Under the pieces are notes generated by a model. It ran no database searches, had not been told where the DNA came from, and saw only the letters and a program-made list of their open reading frames with translations. A stretch of 64,000 bases of DNA, from contig OY970176.1 of NCBI GenBank assembly GCA_963707955.1, positions 1,024,001 to 1,088,000 of the forward strand, given 5' to 3'. Shown here in pieces: positions 63,986-64,000 of this stretch; position 1 is the stretch's first letter, and each line of letters opens with the position of its first letter. The position numbers and the translations under genes were made by a program. The DNA comes from Candidatus Bathyarchaeota archaeon (lineage in GTDB: Archaea; Thermoproteota; Bathyarchaeia; Bathyarchaeales; Bathycorpusculaceae).

Positions 63986-64000
63986 TTCTTGAGAAAAAAA

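Overview
Archaeal chromosomal window, most consistent with Bathyarchaeia (inferred from gene content and 23S style, not from a database search). The left part (1-19 kb) is housekeeping-like: intronless tRNAs, a stand-alone 23S rRNA gene with a bulge-helix-bulge processing stem and no adjacent 16S or 5S, thiL, trmY, dys, dinB, glpX and radical SAM genes. From about 19.5 to 61.4 kb the region is accessory-like. It holds a surface-glycosylation cluster (GT2, four GT4 including one frameshifted, two GT-C-like membrane proteins, WecB, acetyl- and methyltransferases) around a 16.5-kb gene for a roughly 5,500-aa secreted repeat protein, plus a bacterial-type metK. The most striking unexplained signal is a dispersed palindrome, consensus (C)TAGCGCGCGCTA(G). 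Fourteen perfect GCGCGCGC cores and many decayed copies sit almost only at gene boundaries, bracket single genes or gene pairs like cassettes, mark the breakpoints of truncated genes, and form the ends of a 234-bp MITE-like inverted-repeat element. No recombinase, transposase or CRISPR array was found in the window.
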